From the NCBI GenBank assembly GCA_011109175.1, contig RDEW01000021.1:259080-323079 (forward strand): a stretch of DNA of 64,000 nucleotides, written 5' to 3'. Origin of the DNA: Dicyema japonicum. Its lineage: Eukaryota; Animalia; Dicyemida. Made by a program: the position numbers and the translations under genes. The notes beneath the pieces are model-generated. The model worked only from the letters and a program-made list of their open reading frames with translations. It searched no databases and was not told the origin of the DNA. Shown one piece after another: positions 63,696-64,000 of the stretch (its first letter is position 1; every line of letters starts with the position of its first letter).

Positions 63696-64000
63696 TAAAA
63701 ATTTTGTTAAAATTTCGCGCTTTAATTTGGCGCGCAATCAAAAGAACTAAATTTCCCGCTTTTAATTTTCATGGTGTCAAACGACTAAATTTCCCGCATT
63801 AAAAGCAGCTGCATAGCAAGCATTTAAAGAAAATTATCGTCATTGTTATAACCTTAGGTTTTGGATCCCCGTTCGGAGGATGGCACACGAGCTTTACTAG
63901 TTTAGTTCCCCCTGTGACGTTAAAGCCCATTTTTTCAATTTTAATCTCATCATTGATATCTAAGGTATTACTTATAAATTTACACGATGGAACAACACGT

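Noticed and set aside
63705-63810. Repeated AAATTTC(G/C)CGC motifs
   Set aside because: Probably a DNA-transposon subterminal remnant, but no terminus or TSD is identifiable within the window.
1-64000. Prokaryotic systems (CRISPR array, HEPN toxin-antitoxin, retron) or an alternative genetic code
   Set aside because: No repeat-spacer array; HEPN is the sacsin C-terminus; RTs are non-LTR type; apparent stops resolve as micro-introns or indels under the standard code.

Overview
AT-rich eukaryotic (animal) genomic DNA. Genes are broken by very small GT-AG introns, almost all 21-27 nt with 23 nt most common, which is why the ORF track looks fragmentary. Micro-introns plus ciliary genes (tektin, NME7) would fit a reduced ciliated animal such as a dicyemid mesozoan; this is inference only. 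The left half (~3.4-31.3 kb) is gene-dense: a ~12.7 kb sacsin-like gene, tektin, an ABHD11-like hydrolase, a WIP/verprolin-like protein, NME7, an FMNL-like formin, a small bZIP factor and AK6. The right half is mostly transposon debris (RTE-, CRE-, R4- and I/Jockey-like LINEs; hAT, Tigger/pogo, Tc1, MULE and Ginger-like DNA transposons) with isolated genes: a TSPO fragment, a C2H2 zinc-finger gene, two Ig-domain membrane proteins and RidA. Main findings: micro-introns with almost no splice signal beyond GT/AG; a sacsin whose three Hsp90-like ATPase modules look catalytically dead; a five-level nested transposon stack bounded by hAT TIRs and a perfect 8-bp TSD; a CRE insertion forming a 141-bp hairpin; a LINE remnant flanked by a 108-bp duplication; and tail-to-tail overlapping coding ends of bZIP and AK6. 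Many 1-nt frameshifts fall in homopolymers and are probably assembly errors. All gene models were built by hand and all family calls come from remembered motifs, not searches.
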